64,000 bases of DNA from Podarcis gaigeae (GCA_964106915.2 OZ066923.1); one strand, 5' to 3'; positions 38,007 through 50,899 are shown, counted from the first letter of the stretch. Numbers and translations: made by a program. Notes: generated from the sequence alone by a model not told the origin.

Positions 38007-38791
38007 TCAGCAGGAACACTTGCACGTAGCCACCACAGGGTAAGGGACTTGCCTCCAAGCGCATTGCTGTGAGGACTTCCCTGGTCTCAGCACGTGGTCT
38101 TTCCTTGCCCAGCAGTGCCACGCTAGGGGTTTGATCTGGGTGACTTGGGCAGGCTGGCAAGTCATGCCTGGAGGCCAAGAACACCCAGTGTGAGTCTGGT
38201 TGCAGTCCGTATGGTGTACCAGCGTGGCCAGAAGATGGGTCCCATGTCCACCCAGGAAGAGGTCAGGCAGCAGGTAGCACTATCCACAAGCCACTGATGG
38301 AAGTGGTGGAGGAGGGTTTTGCTCAGGCCGAGGGAGATCCCGCCCTCAACAGGCAGCAGCTAGGAAAGATCTAAACCCTTTGCCTGCTGCAGAAGCTTCT
38401 TCCTAAAGCATGCTGTACGCTCACCCAAGTCCTGGCTGAGGACACCCACTTCTTTTAGGCTTGTGTTGAGACCTTGGGGGTCCTTGAGAGACACCCAGAA
38501 GGGGTTGTAGGAAGAGCCCAGCAGTTTCATCAGCCGTGTGGCATGCAGGAGCTTGGGCTTGGGCAAATAGCGGTTGCAGTCATCCAGGGAGAGGGAGAGG
38601 CTGTAGGGCCTTGCCTGAGCACCCAGCTCGCTGCAGATGAAATGGACGTCGGGGCTGTGCTGCTTGCCGATCCTATCAGGAAGCAGGGGAGCCTCTCCAA
38701 GGGGAAAGTCTCTTTCTTGAGAGAAGGAAATTGCTCCGGTTCTCTCACACCAGGGCTCCAGGAGACAGACGAACCAAGCTTTGACACCCAT
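38007..38791 (-). pseudogene. NOG4: Noggin-family gene (Noggin4-like), single exon, disrupted by a premature TAG (38362-38360) and a 1-bp deletion (between 38219 and 38218)
   Basis: ATG 38791; RPYSLSLSLDD..PKPKLLHATRLMKLLGSSYNPFWVS..FRKKLLQQAKGLDLS*LLPVEGG..QWLVDSATCCLTSSWVDMGPIFWPRW / (V)HHTDCNQTHTGCSWPPGMTCQPAQVTQIKPLAWHCW..QQCAWRQVPYPVVATCKCSC*. Nine-cysteine noggin C-terminus; span of 785 nt is one base short of 262 codons. Noggin family confident; subtype and pseudogene status less so. Confidence 0.85.
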
Positions 38792-39639
38792 GCCTGCCGC
38801 AGAGCCTTCAAGACTTGTGTGCCTCTCAGCTGCAGCAAACAAAGTATGCGGGATGCGTCTCTCAACCCACCCCCCTTTTAAATCAGCAGATCCTTTGGGC
38901 TAAGAACCTCCTAGCTTCCCTTTCTCCCTGCTACAGACTTTGATATCAGATTGCACTGTTGCTCCCAGACACAAACAATTATAAAGATGAAAAGAAACCA
39001 AGAAGTGGGCTTTTAAAATATGTTTTTACCATGAGCAGAGGCCAATAATGAATAACTAGAATGAGTGTCTATCTGAGCCCCATGCTTTTCTATGTTATGC
39101 TATTGTCTACCTTAGGCCTTCTCCAGATCATAGAATTGGAGAGTTGGAAGGGAACCAAATGGTCTATTCCAACTGCCTGCAATGCAGGAATCACAGCTAA
39201 AGAATCCCTGATGGATGGCCATCCAACCTTTGTTTAAAATCTCAAACTTAGCATCTTATTAAGAGTTCATCCTGGTTTGCCTGCACAAAGCTTACATGGA
39301 GGTTAGATTATGTCCAGTTCTTCTGGAGCATTTGTTCTGATTTGCTTGTGGGGAGATTATGTGGCAGTGAGCATTCATCCTGCAGCCATCCTGGCTTGCT
39401 TATGTAGTCAATGATTTGTTCATCACACAGTGCAATTCTCTCACTTCCCTAACTGCAAAAAAAAATGTTTAACAGTGGGGTTGAAGCCAGGGGCATTGTT
39501 TGGGGGTCGTCCAAACCAGAGCAGCACATGTGTCTGTTTCCCACTTCCAGCTTCCAGCTCGCATACATCACAGCTCTGGCCATTGTTGTTCTGCCTAAAA
39601 GCCAGGGTGGCTGGGATAGCACAATCATATCATTTGCCT

Positions 39640-39698
39640 TGCCTTCCACTGCAGAGGGTTGGACTACTTCTAACCCTACAATTCTATGATTCTATGAC
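39640..39698 (+). mobile_element. CR1 LINE 3' tail stub
   Basis: gagggttggactac...ctacaattctatgattctatga, the CR1 ATTCTATG tail repeat. Confidence 0.65.
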
Positions 39699-39965
39699 TT
39701 AGCTGTTGTGATCTAGTTCATTCTTTGAGATGCTAATAAGGGCACTTCAGTGGCCAGATAAAACCATTACCTTATCAAAGGAACCGGTTTGGCAGGTTCC
39801 ACAGCTGCTTCAACTAGATTCCAACTCTTACTGGATATAGGATCATAGGCCTGGAAGGGATCCAAGGATATCATTCAAACTGACCTCCGCAACTTTTAAT
39901 AATAATGAAAATATAACTTACATAACTAATTACATAAAATATATGTTACCTACCGTAATTTTTTA

Positions 39966-40504
39966 GGGACGCGGGTGGCGCTGTGGGTAAAACCTCAGCG
40001 CCTAGGACTTGCTGATCGCATGGTCGGCGGTTCGAATCCCCACGGCGGGGTGTGCTCCCGTCGTTTGGTCCCAGCGCATGCCAACCTAGCAGTTCGAAAG
40101 CACCCCCGGGTGCAAGTAGATAAACAGGGACCGCTTACCAGCGGGAAGGTAAACGGCGTTCCGTGTGCTGCGCTGGCTTGCCAGATGCAGCTTGTCACGC
40201 TGGCCACGTGATCCGGAAGTGTCTGTGGACAGCGCTGGCTCCTGGCCTCTAGAGTGAGATGAGCGCACAACCCTAGAGTCTGTCAAGAATGGCCCGTATG
40301 GGCAGGGGTACCTTCAGTGGCATAGCGTGGGTTGTCAGCACCCGGGGCAAGGCAAGTAATTTGCACCCCCTAACACGTGGATTTGCGCCCCCTAACCCGT
40401 GGATTTGCGCCCCCTAACCCTAACCCCCAGATGTTGCGCCCGGTGCGGCCGGCCCCCCCTGCACCCCCCACGCTACGCCACTGGGTACCTTTACCTTTAC
40501 CTTT
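39966..40504 (+). mobile_element. Sauria SINE with a hAT-like MITE inserted in its tail
   Basis: Full head and body at 39966-40314; (ACCTTT)n tail resumes at 40484; flanks taccgtaatttt / tactgtaatttt. Confidence 0.88.
40315..40483. mobile_element. hAT-like MITE with internal 22-bp repeats and CCCTAA units
   Basis: TIRs cagtggcatagcgtgg / ccacgctacgccactg; perfect 8-bp TSD ggtacctt (40307-40314 and 40484-40491). Confidence 0.85.
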
Positions 40505-40526
40505 ACTGTAATTTTACCATAGCAGA

Positions 40527-40954
40527 TTGTTGTTGTTTACTTGTTTAGTCGTGTCCGATTCTTCGTGACCCCATGGACCAGAGCACACCAGGCACTCCTG
40601 TCTTCCACTGCCTCCTGCAGCTTGGTCAAACTCATGCTGGTAGCTTCGAGAACACTGTCCAACCATCTCGTCCTCTGCCGTCCCCTTCTCCTTGTGCCCT
40701 CCATCTTTCCCAACATCAGGGTCTTTTCCAGAGAGTCTTCTCTTCTCATGAGGTGGCCAAAGTATTGGAGCCTCAGCTTCACTATCTGTCCTTCCAGTGA
40801 GCACTCAGGGCTGATTTCCTTAAGAATGGATAGGTTTGATCTTGCAGTCCATGGGACTCTCAAGAGTCTCCTTCAGCACCATAATTCAAAAGCATCAATT
40901 CTTCGCCGATCAGCCTTCTTTATGGTCCAGCTCTCACTTCCATACATCACTACT
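40527..40954 (-). mobile_element. BovB (RTE) LINE 3' fragment
   Basis: LRVPWTARSNLSILKEISPECSLEGQIVKLRLQYFGHLMRREDSLEKTLMLGKMEG...; CAA-rich tail. Confidence 0.92.
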
Positions 40955-43265
40955 TTTTGGCAGAAGATAAAATACAGCACAATGGGAATAGTGCTGCGTG
41001 TGACAAATACAGAATGGAATGGAAAACAAGGCCTTCTTACATCCCTAGTCTGGAGTCTTAAGTAGCTAGTAATGCCCTTGGTTGAAGCTTAGAACTGAGA
41101 AGAGCCTTCTGCATCTCTGAATTTTCAACTAAAATAAGTTTCCAGTAAACATTCTCCACCATCCCAGCTCCCAAGCATAATAAATTGCACTTCTCCGGCC
41201 CACTCAGGAAAGCTGGATTCCATTTAAACCTCTTGTGCAGGGCCAACCAAATACATTTTGCCACCTAAGGACACTTTTCCCTTTTCATGTACAAAAGCTG
41301 ATCAGATTGACAGCAGTTGGATCTTATTTTGACACTGGCAATGGGAGCATACTGCACTCTGAGGGCAGCAGGCTTGCTTAGGTAGGACAAGTCAGACCAC
41401 ATGACTCACGCAGCTTCTTCCATTTCCTGCCCTTCACCATTTGCTGCCTGAGGTAGTTGCCTCAATTTGCCTCAAGACAGGGATGGCCCTGCTCCTGTAT
41501 CATCTCAACAGAGCACTTTGTGAAAAAGCAATAGAGGAAGTCAACAGAAGCACACAAACATTTATAAGACCTTCTGTAAGCCTCTACTGGTATTGCCTGG
41601 CAATGTATAATTTGTCCAGTTTCCAGCATGATGAGGGGAAAAACATTCCTACTTTCATCCAAAATGTATTGATGTCTCCTAATCAGAAAAGCACATTGGG
41701 CAGTAAAAAATAGAGAGAAATCCTTCACTTGCAGTGCACACTGACAAGGCCAAATACCTCTAGATGCTCCTGTTTCCAAGGCAACAAAGCACTTAGAGCT
41801 TGTGAGCACTCCCCCCCCCCTTTCGGCTTCATCAGTCAGTAACTCGGTGTGCAGCTAAAATAGATATCTGTACTGTAGCTCACACATAACAGAAACATCA
41901 GCATCTTGTGCTACAACATCCTTCCTCAAACTGCTGCCTTCCAGATGTAGACGGACTCCAACTCTCATCACTGTCTGTTGGTCATGCTGGCTGGGGCTGG
42001 TGGGAGCTGGAATACAACAACATCTGGTGGGGCCACAGCATGAAGAAGGCTGGGTTAGAGCAACAGGAGGTCCCTTGGTCAGGGATAAAGTATGTGGGAC
42101 AGTCTGCGCTCAGCCATTGAGTGGGTGATGCCTTATGGATCCTGTCTCACAGCAGGTTTGGTTCACTTTGAGAATCTCAATTGAAAAAGCTCCTTCCATG
42201 TATCCCATTGCCCTTAAAAATCACCAGCACCAGAAATGATCCGACAGAAACATGTCCTTAGGGATTAGAAACTGTGTTTACACAGCTGTCATGCATCATT
42301 TCTAAGCAGCCTATCATAAACGATCCAGAATATGAACTCAACAACAAAATCCAAGGATGTCTGTTACATTGGCCCGGAACATTTCTTTCTGCCAACGCCT
42401 TCCCTCCTTATCTGGGTTTGAGCCTTAGAGGCTGCCACCTCACTGGAAGCGCATGTAACGAGTCCTTTAGCCCAGCCATGAGAATGTCTAATTCCCCCAG
42501 TGGTCCAAGAAACCTCCACAGCAAATCATCCTTGTAAAAAAAAATCTTACACAGTCATACCCTTAGACCTACTCACACGATGCTTCTGTAAGTCAGCTGG
42601 CTACGTGGCTGGGTCACACCAGCAGATAAGCTACCTGCAGCACAAGGTGAAATGGAAAAAACAAATATTGTAGTAATAAAACATATTAAGTAAATCAAGC
42701 ATTGGGAAGCCATGGCTCTCCGAATATGTTTGGGCTACACAACTCACATCATCCCTGACCATTGGCTGGGTCTAATGACATCTGGAGGGCCACAGGTTCC
42801 CTACTCCAGAACTAAATAATGCTTAGCTTCATTGCTACATTTGTTTCTCCGCATTGCCACCCCATGTCTAACTGACTACCTGCTTTGTTGAGCTAAGAGG
42901 GTTTCACAATATGTAATGGGATTCACCTATCCCATTTATTTTAGGTCCACAGAAATATTGCACATTGGATCGTCTAGATTCTCTCCAGTTAAAAGTTGGG
43001 AAAATATTGACATTAAGATATCGGAGAAGATGTGCTGGTAAAGGCTGATAGTAAAGTGGGCATACGGAATCTGTGGCTCTCTAGATGTTGCTCTAAATGT
43101 CGATGACCATTGGGCATGCTGGTTCGGGGTGCAGGGACTGATGGAAGTGAGCACAGCAACATCTGGAGGGCTTGGAGTGTAAGAAGGCAGTGGGTTCTGT
43201 TCTGAGCTGTCCTCATTACAAACAGCTCTATTTCCATTCTGCTGCAGTTCGGTTTCCTCCAAATA

Positions 43266-43506
43266 CAGTCATACCTCGGGTTGAAGTTGCTTCAGGTTAA
43301 ACCTTTTCGAGTTGCGCTCTCTGGCGACCTGGAAGTAATGGAGCATGTTACTTCTGGGTTTCGCTGCTCGCGGATGCGCAGATGCTCAAAATGACGTCAC
43401 ACACGTGTGAATCGCAACCTGCGCATGCGCGGACGTGGGTTATGTTCACTTCAGGATGCAAACGGAGCTCCGGAACAGATCCCGTTTGCATCCAGAGGTA
43501 CCACTG
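43266..43506. mobile_element. Tc1/mariner-like MITE
   Basis: cagtcatacctcggg / ccagaggtaccactg termini, TA flanks. Confidence 0.75.
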
Positions 43507-43760
43507 TACTACATTTGCCTTGTTCTCTGCCTTTATGTTATGCAGCTAACCCACATTTCAAGCAAAGGAAACAACCAAAAAGCCATTACTTTCTGCGGAT
43601 TAAAAAAAACCTAGAACAATGTGAATATTGATCATATTTGCTTGACTGATTTCTGCTGCTGACCACAGATGAACATGCAAACTGTGGCAATTTCCACTTC
43701 CTTTTCCATCGGAATTTCCTAGCATCCCTTGGAGGGCCATGGGTTCCCCATACTTGGTGT

Positions 43761-44559
43761 TGTCCTGAACCCCTGGCCTACCTGGCAACAAGTCAGTATG
43801 CCAAACCCAAAGTCCAAAGGTCAGGAAACACATTCCAGGGTCAATCCAAGTAGCCAAGTCTAAAGTCCAGCAGTCAGGATACAGTCCAGAGTCAAAACGG
43901 AAGCACAGTCCCATAGAGTTCCAGAGGCATCCAAGTCAAGGTCCACCAACATGGGCAGTTGAGGAGACACAGTCCCTCAGCTCTGCTGGGCTTGACGAGA
44001 CTTGTGACCCTCACCTGCTCCAAGCCTCCTCCAGCTCTTCCCAGAGCTAGCAAGACCCACCTGGCCAGCTAGGGAGCTGGGCTGTGGGCTCTTGCCTGCC
44101 TCAGCCTCCTGCAATGCCCAGCCTGCTGCTCCCTACACTTCAGAGCCTGCTGTGTTCATGAAGAGAAGGGCTTCTCTGGCTCTAGTGATGGGTCCTGCTG
44201 CTCTGGTTCCTCTGTGCTGACCCCCATCTCCTCACTATGCTCCTTCACCCTGTGAGTACAGTGGTACCTCGGGTTAAGAACTTAATTTGTTCTGGGGTCC
44301 GTTCTTAACCTGAAACTGTTCCTAACCTGAGGTACCACTTTAGCTAATGGGGCTTCCCGCTGCCGCTGGAGCTCGAGTTATGTTCTCATCCTGAAGCAAA
44401 GTTCTTAACTCGAGGTACTATTTCTGGGTTAGCGGAGTCTGTAACCTGATGCGTATGTAACCTGAGGTACCACTGTACTTCTTTCTCCATCCCCTGCTTG
44501 TGTCCCAGTCCTTGCTGGGATCTTCTTCCTCCTCCCCAGTGTCCTGCCAGTTCATGACA
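43761..44559. mobile_element. Candidate solo LTR, interrupted by a MITE
   Basis: TG...CA termini with a 10-bp inverted repeat tgtcctgaac / gttcatgaca; TSD only partly matching. Confidence 0.5.
44259..44475. mobile_element. Tc1/mariner (Tigger-like) MITE
   Basis: cagtggtacctc / gaggtaccactg TIRs, TA flanks. Confidence 0.85.
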
Positions 44560-46189
44560 GCAGTAAATGGATATCCGATACCATTTTGATGCAGTATGGT
44601 AGGGTTTTTATATCCTTAACTTTACAGTGATGAGGGAAAAACTGCCGCTGATCCTTCTTCGGGGACCATTTGTTTTAGTGGTCCCCCCTCCCCAATAGAG
44701 AGTTGATATGTTGCTATTTGTATGGCACTATATTGCTTAATGCTGCTCTATTTTTGTAGACCAGATGCTTGCTGGTTGGCAAGAGATTAGCAGTGTTATC
44801 TTTGTGGATAATTGGAAGGTTTGAGAGTGAGGCTTGTATGTGAAGCTTTGCTAAGGGTGTGTTTGGGAGAAGTTAGGCGGCAGGGGTATGGGCATAGCTG
44901 TTACTTCACTTGTTTTTTTCTTGTTAATGAGTCTGCTACTTTCACAAGCTCCATTCATTCTGCACTTGTTAACAAATCAATCTTTTAGTGTGACAGCTCC
45001 TACACTACGGAACTCCCTGCCTATTGACACCAGGCAGGTGCCTTCACCAAACAGTATTATTTTCAGCATCTACTAAAAAATAAAAAAAATAAAAATTAAG
45101 CAAGCTTACCCAGACATGCAAGTACTTTAATCTGAAATTTTAAGCTTATTGTGTATACTTTAAATCTGTTGATTTTATTTATGTTTTAATTCTTAAACTT
45201 TTTTTTTTTACTTTTTTGGACAGTTTGAATCTATTTTTTTAGCATTATTGTAAACTGCTTAGAGGTTTAATTTACAATTAAGTGGTATACAGATTCTGTG
45301 AAATAAAACGTAGAGAAATATGTCCCCATCTGCTACTTGCTGCCACGAGCAACTTTTGCAAGTCGCTGAGCCGCGCGGCACATCTTTGAGCACGAGTGCA
45401 TTGCAGAGTACATTGCAGTGCAACATGGAGAACTGTGTTTAAAAACCCTGCTGCAGACTTGCAGCATAATTTTTATTGGCCTACTTTTCGTTTCAGCGCC
45501 TTAGATTTAAAGTGGGAATATTGATGTGTTCAATCTGTGGAAAGCGGAGCGCCGTAACTGACGAGGCCTAGTTCGAAGCTGTATGCCGCCTAGTCCCAGA
45601 TGGCTGGAAGTTAGCAGTGTCTCTTGTTAATAGCAATGGTGAGGAAAGCCTTTTGCACTCGGAGGAGTATGTTTCTCTCCAGTCAGCCTTCAAATATACA
45701 TGCGTATATATGTGCAGCACACAAACAAAGAGAGCTCACAATATGAGAGAGACAGGACCCTTCTGGACGCAGGGTTGCCATGCCTACTTTTCACCATACA
45801 TTTCCATGGAAGCATTAAGAATGTGCTTAACATCCCCATCTTGCAGTTAATGGGACTTCATAGTATTGATTGTTGGCTGACTCACGCCTATCAGCTTTTG
45901 CTATGGTATAAGTGCATAAATCACTTAATTACAAAGAGGGATCTGGGCATCTTTCCTCAAGCTATTACATGTCACATTTCCCCAGCATTCAAAATGCATT
46001 TTTTTGGGTGGGAGTGGGGTGTCCCTGGGAAAATGTGATCTGTTTCACTGGGTAGTAAATACACTGCTCTCTTCTCCTTGATGTGTAGAATGGGATCTAC
46101 TACCCATTCCTTTTTTAAAATGAAAGTGCCAGGAGTTTAATCTGGGACCTTTTGCATACAAAATGTTTGCTCTACCGTTGTAGAAGTTG

Positions 46190-46392
46190 GCCTTTGCCAA
46201 GCTGGTGCCCTCCAGATGTTCCAGACTACACACTTCAGAATCTGGTAACGGGCCCTGCAGGATTTATGCCAGCCTTTGCCAAGCTGGTGCCCTCCAGATG
46301 TTCTAGGCTACACATTTCAGAATCCGGTAACAGGCCCTGCAGAATTTATGCCAGCCTTTGCCAAGCTAGTGCCTTCCAGATGTTTTAGATTA
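46190..46392. repeat. 82-bp tandem repeat, about 2.5 copies
   Basis: gcctttgccaagctggtgccctccagatgtt recurs at 46190, 46272 and 46354. Confidence 0.9.
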
Positions 46393-46888
46393 TGACTTCC
46401 ATCAGCACCTGGATCCAGTGAGCCTGGCAGAAACGAAAAAACAATGGTCAGGCTCATGTAGGCTGTGAGAAAAGCTCTGGGAAAGCCTTTGTGCCGTGAT
46501 GCTAAGTCCAAGGTGAGCTGGTGGCTTTCAATGCCACGTGCAGAAGCATAGAACACCCCAAGAAGTACTCAGAAACTTAGATGTCCCCAGTGCCTGCTAG
46601 CAGCCTGATCCTTGGCATGCCTGCATTTTTTGTACAGCTTGGGAGAGACAGAGGGGGCAGAATATGCTCTTTTCCCATTGGCTATCAAGATGGTTTTGTA
46701 AATGCGTTCTTTGGCTGTAGCTGCAAAAGTGATCTTGCCACTTAAAAGCCGGCGGTAAAATATGCAGCGCTCGTAGAGAGGGTGTGGAGGGCAACCCGTG
46801 ATATATGGATATATATTCGCATCTTCATGCCCCTGGATCCCTGAAGAATAGAACCAGCTGTGTCAGGAAAGGAGGCTAGCAGAGAGAT

Positions 46889-46889
46889 C

Positions 46890-46935
<46 letters not shown>

Positions 46936-46998
46936 GCAGATAGATAGGCAGATAGATAGGCAGATAAAATAGATTAGGTAGGTAGATAAGCAGATAGA
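46889..46998. repeat. (AGAT)n microsatellite, pure then degenerate
   Basis: agatagatagat... with aggc interruptions. Confidence 0.92.
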
Positions 46999-49900
46999 CA
47001 TTTCGATTAGGAAGGTAAGTAGGTGGATTGATAGGCAGCCAGATAGTACTGGAGATCTGGCCACAGGAGGGTTAACACCCAACCAAACCTCAAGGAAAGA
47101 AAAAAAAGGATCAATGGGCTTGGCACGGCAAGAGCAGGAGAGGGGGAGCAGAGATCTAGAGAGAGACATCAGGGAGGAGAGAGAGAGAAAGAAGAAAGCA
47201 GATGCAGCAAGGTGGATGCACTGAGAAGTAGCTAAGAGGAAGAGGCACAGGGGAGACCTACTGAGCACCTCAACTTGCAGAGTCCCCTCCGGGCAGTTTC
47301 TTTTCCCTTGGCACTGGAGAGAAGCAGGGCAAGGGCTTCTTCGTGTTGCCCAAGCATCGGTGCCGGATAGTGAAGACTCGAAGGAGGCCAGGAGGATCTC
47401 GCCTCTTTCCTAACAAGTGAGTACACAGCTTTTGAGAAGTAAAACAAAAAATAGAAATGGTATCGAAACATGGGGAGGGTTCCCTGTCTCCCCCCAATGT
47501 GGCTCAAAGGGAGTTTTTCAGGAGGGGGTGTGTGTGTTTGTGTGGAGTTCCTCCTAGAGTGGCCAAATTCAGTAGGCAAGGCTCCTGCCTGCTTTTAATT
47601 GCTGTACCGAAGGGAGAATTTCAGCAGATGCTGCTTCACTCTCTTCTATTCTTCAGAGGCAGGGAAGTAAAAGATCGGAAAGGGCTGCGTCTTTATTCCA
47701 GTTCAGAGACAGTTCTGTTCAGTGTGAGACAGATGGGCTGGAACGGGAGGCGGGGTGGAAATGACACCTTCCACAATGGGACAGGTGAACAGTCAGAGTC
47801 TGAGCATCTTCTCTTTGGGCAAGCGATGAACAGCCGTGGATATGTTATGGCTTTACTTTAATGATGTATTTGATTGTTGGGTGTTCTGTAGCTATATTGT
47901 AGCTTCTATCTTATAAGCTCTGCCATATGATTTGTAAATATAGAGTTTCTTCATTGTGATACTTAGCTTACAAGGGTTATTATGTATGCAACCCTTTGCA
48001 ATAAGGAAATGACTATTCTTTCTTTAAAGAATGATCTTGTGGAGAGAACGAGTGCAGTCTGGAAGCAAGCGGGGGTGGGGGGCTCAAGAGAATTCTGGGA
48101 AGGAGGGGCAAAGGCACAAACCTTGCTCACACAGCAATCTTTCTGGTATACATGCGGAAAGGCTTAAAGGCTAAAGAGGCAAATCACAGCTGAAACAAAA
48201 CAGCATTCTTCCTTCTGTAGCAATGATCTGTCCTTTCCCCTTACCCACTCTCAGTTTTGTAGAGGTTGCTAATGTTTTATATTTTAATTATGAGTGTAGC
48301 TGATGCATGACACAAACGCTACAGTACAAATTAAAAGCCATGTTCAATGTTAATCTTAAGCATGTTATAAAACCATGTGAGTTCCACCCAACCCCAGCTC
48401 TTAGTGATTCCCACCCCCTCCCAAATTCTGATAATGGCATCTTAACATTGCAAAGTCTTTCTGATTCTGAATCCACTACTAAACCATATGTGATTTTATT
48501 GGCTGCTCTGATAGATCAAACTTCACATCTCCAAGCTGTGTGTGTTCTGTTGAAGAAAGCTGCCATACTCAACCCAGCTAGGGACAGGCCACCCATTTGT
48601 GTGCAATCCCACATTCGCAACAAATGGGGTGGTTGGACTCATTTTGTCACAAGCAGCACCTGGAATATTGTACGCCACCATAAGCCACTTACATGTGGGT
48701 TGATTGGTAGCATTCAAAAAATTCACTTCTGCTTGCAGCAAATAAAATCATTCATTCAACATGAGCAGGGAAAAGCAACATAAAAGCAGCTGCTACAGGC
48801 AAGGCAGTTGTGTGCATCAGATCATACTGCAGCTTTTGCCAAACTTGTTCCTTCCAGGTGTTTTGGTCTAGAATTCCTATCAGCCCCTGCTGGCACGGGG
48901 TGCAGCTTTAGTTCCAAAACTAGTCTAGAGTAAATGATTTACTACAACAGCCTAATGATGCTAAGATTGGAGATTATGACTTTTTGTTTTTTGTTTTGTT
49001 TTGTTTATTATTTATTAATTTTATATCCTGCCCAGGACAGCAAACAATAGGTTGGGGGAAGAGTAAAAATATATTTAAAACAATTCCAATACAGAGGCAG
49101 ACTGGGAAAGATTTCAACTTAAAAAGCTTGCTGAAAAGGGAAGGCCTATAGGCATCAAAAAGACAACAGAAATGGTGCCCATCTAGTATTCTATTGCAAA
49201 TATTAGTATTATGCAGCTTGAAGCAATGGGATGAATCAAAACTCTAGGGAAAAAATTGTCCATACCCAAATTATGGTTTTAAAGCTTTACTAACAGAACT
49301 TTGTTCAAACAGTCACAAAAACAAATAATGATACATCCGAATAGTTACATAAAATCATATGTTTGTCCAAGCACAGTTTCAGCTTCTTACAAATATGAAA
49401 TACTATTTATAATCAGAGCTGACACACAGAGCTCTCTGTCTCCCACATCTATTAGCCTGGAGACTGTTTTCTTTCCAGGGGAGACATTAGAACACCTTTG
49501 TCTTTAGTGGCTTGAGAACACAGATTCCCTCAAAATGGTGATTTGTAACTGAATAAACCTCCCATGTGATCTACAGTTAAACACCACATGAGAGAGCAGC
49601 AGAGATACACCCTAAGTTAATGATCAACGTATTGCTCAGAAAGCTCTTCAATGGAATTTTCCCAATGTTCCCTTTAGCAATACATATTCAGAGTCATTTT
49701 CCATTTCGATGTACAATTAAACAATTCTACTTAACATATTCAAAAGGAAGGAATTCCAAAGGGTAGGTGCTACCATGCTAAAGTCCCAATTCCTACTTTG
49801 TGTGGGATAGTTCTCCTGATAAGATGGTATCTACCAGGATACCTGTTTCCAGTGCGCCAGGAACGGAGTCTCCCAACACTGCAGGAGCGAGACAGACCAA

Positions 49901-50899
49901 GATAATCAGATAATGATGGGGGAATTTCTTTGGTTGAAAGAGGAACCAGGCTCTCATCGCAGTTTGCCTGGCAGTCTGGCACTCACTTCCCCGTGGAATG
50001 TGAGGTCAGGCAAAGTCACTTGGTGCACGGAGCACTCCGGCTGCCATGACCGCCACCCACCAATCCCATTCCTGGAAGCACAGGTTACCCTGCAGGAATT
50101 CAGCAGGTTCAGATTTCCTGGATGCAGATAGAGTCTGCAGGTGGGGAAAGTTGCATCTTTTCAACATGCCAGTGTTCAAAGTGCCGAGGGAGGAAATACA
50201 ACGTTAAAAGAGACACTTCAACGCCAGTCTATGATTAATCAACAACTTCAAAACACAATCCAGGCCTGCCCTCCCTTTTCACCACCATTCTCTTTAAATG
50301 TTCTGTTCCCTCCTTCCAGCTTTTTCCAGGCTGGTTGCAGCAGCTGAGTCCTGTCAAACAAAGGTGGGCATTTTAATTCACCAAAACAAGAGGCTTAAGA
50401 GCTTTGGGGATGTAATGAACTAAAGAGGGTCAAGTAGTGCTTGGCAGAGGCTTTCTCCACGATGGATTGGCGGTCAGGGTTAAGGCTTGTGCCTGCTATA
50501 GGAGAAAGGGGTCTTGAACCCAGACACCCAGAGTGACCTAGAGTTAATCCAGTCTCATGCCAATGTAATCTGAGCCATTTACATCACAGAGGAGCTTTAC
50601 AGATCCTGATGTCACTGTTAAATTAACTTGTTTCATGCTGGTACCCAACAGAGTCTGATAAGTGCAAGTTGCCAGCCATAACCCATTCCTGAACATTCCA
50701 TTTAATGCAATTTCAAATGCACAGAATTTGACCAATCCAGACTAACGGGCAAGTAAGGAACTGGGAACTAACTCTAGTATCTTACCCTCACTGGAGTTGC
50801 ATTGGTGTGTGAGGGGACATTGGTTGTGTTTAATGCATCATGATCTAATATAATCTTTCCTGCTTATTGGAGCTGTGGCTGGCATATGGATTCAGTTCT

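Noticed and set aside
37939-38184. 81-aa minus-strand ORF and the plus-strand 135-aa ORF at 38474-38881
   Set aside because: Alternative frames of the noggin relic; the cysteine-knot frame is a different one.
45558-45590. CTGACGA..CGAAG hammerhead-like string
   Set aside because: GAAG instead of GAAA, weak stem II, no convincing stem I.
46401-46423. Possible REST/NRSE site upstream of GALR3 (atcagcacctggatccag)
   Set aside because: Right half-site and spacing do not fit, and it lies at the end of a repeat-derived array.
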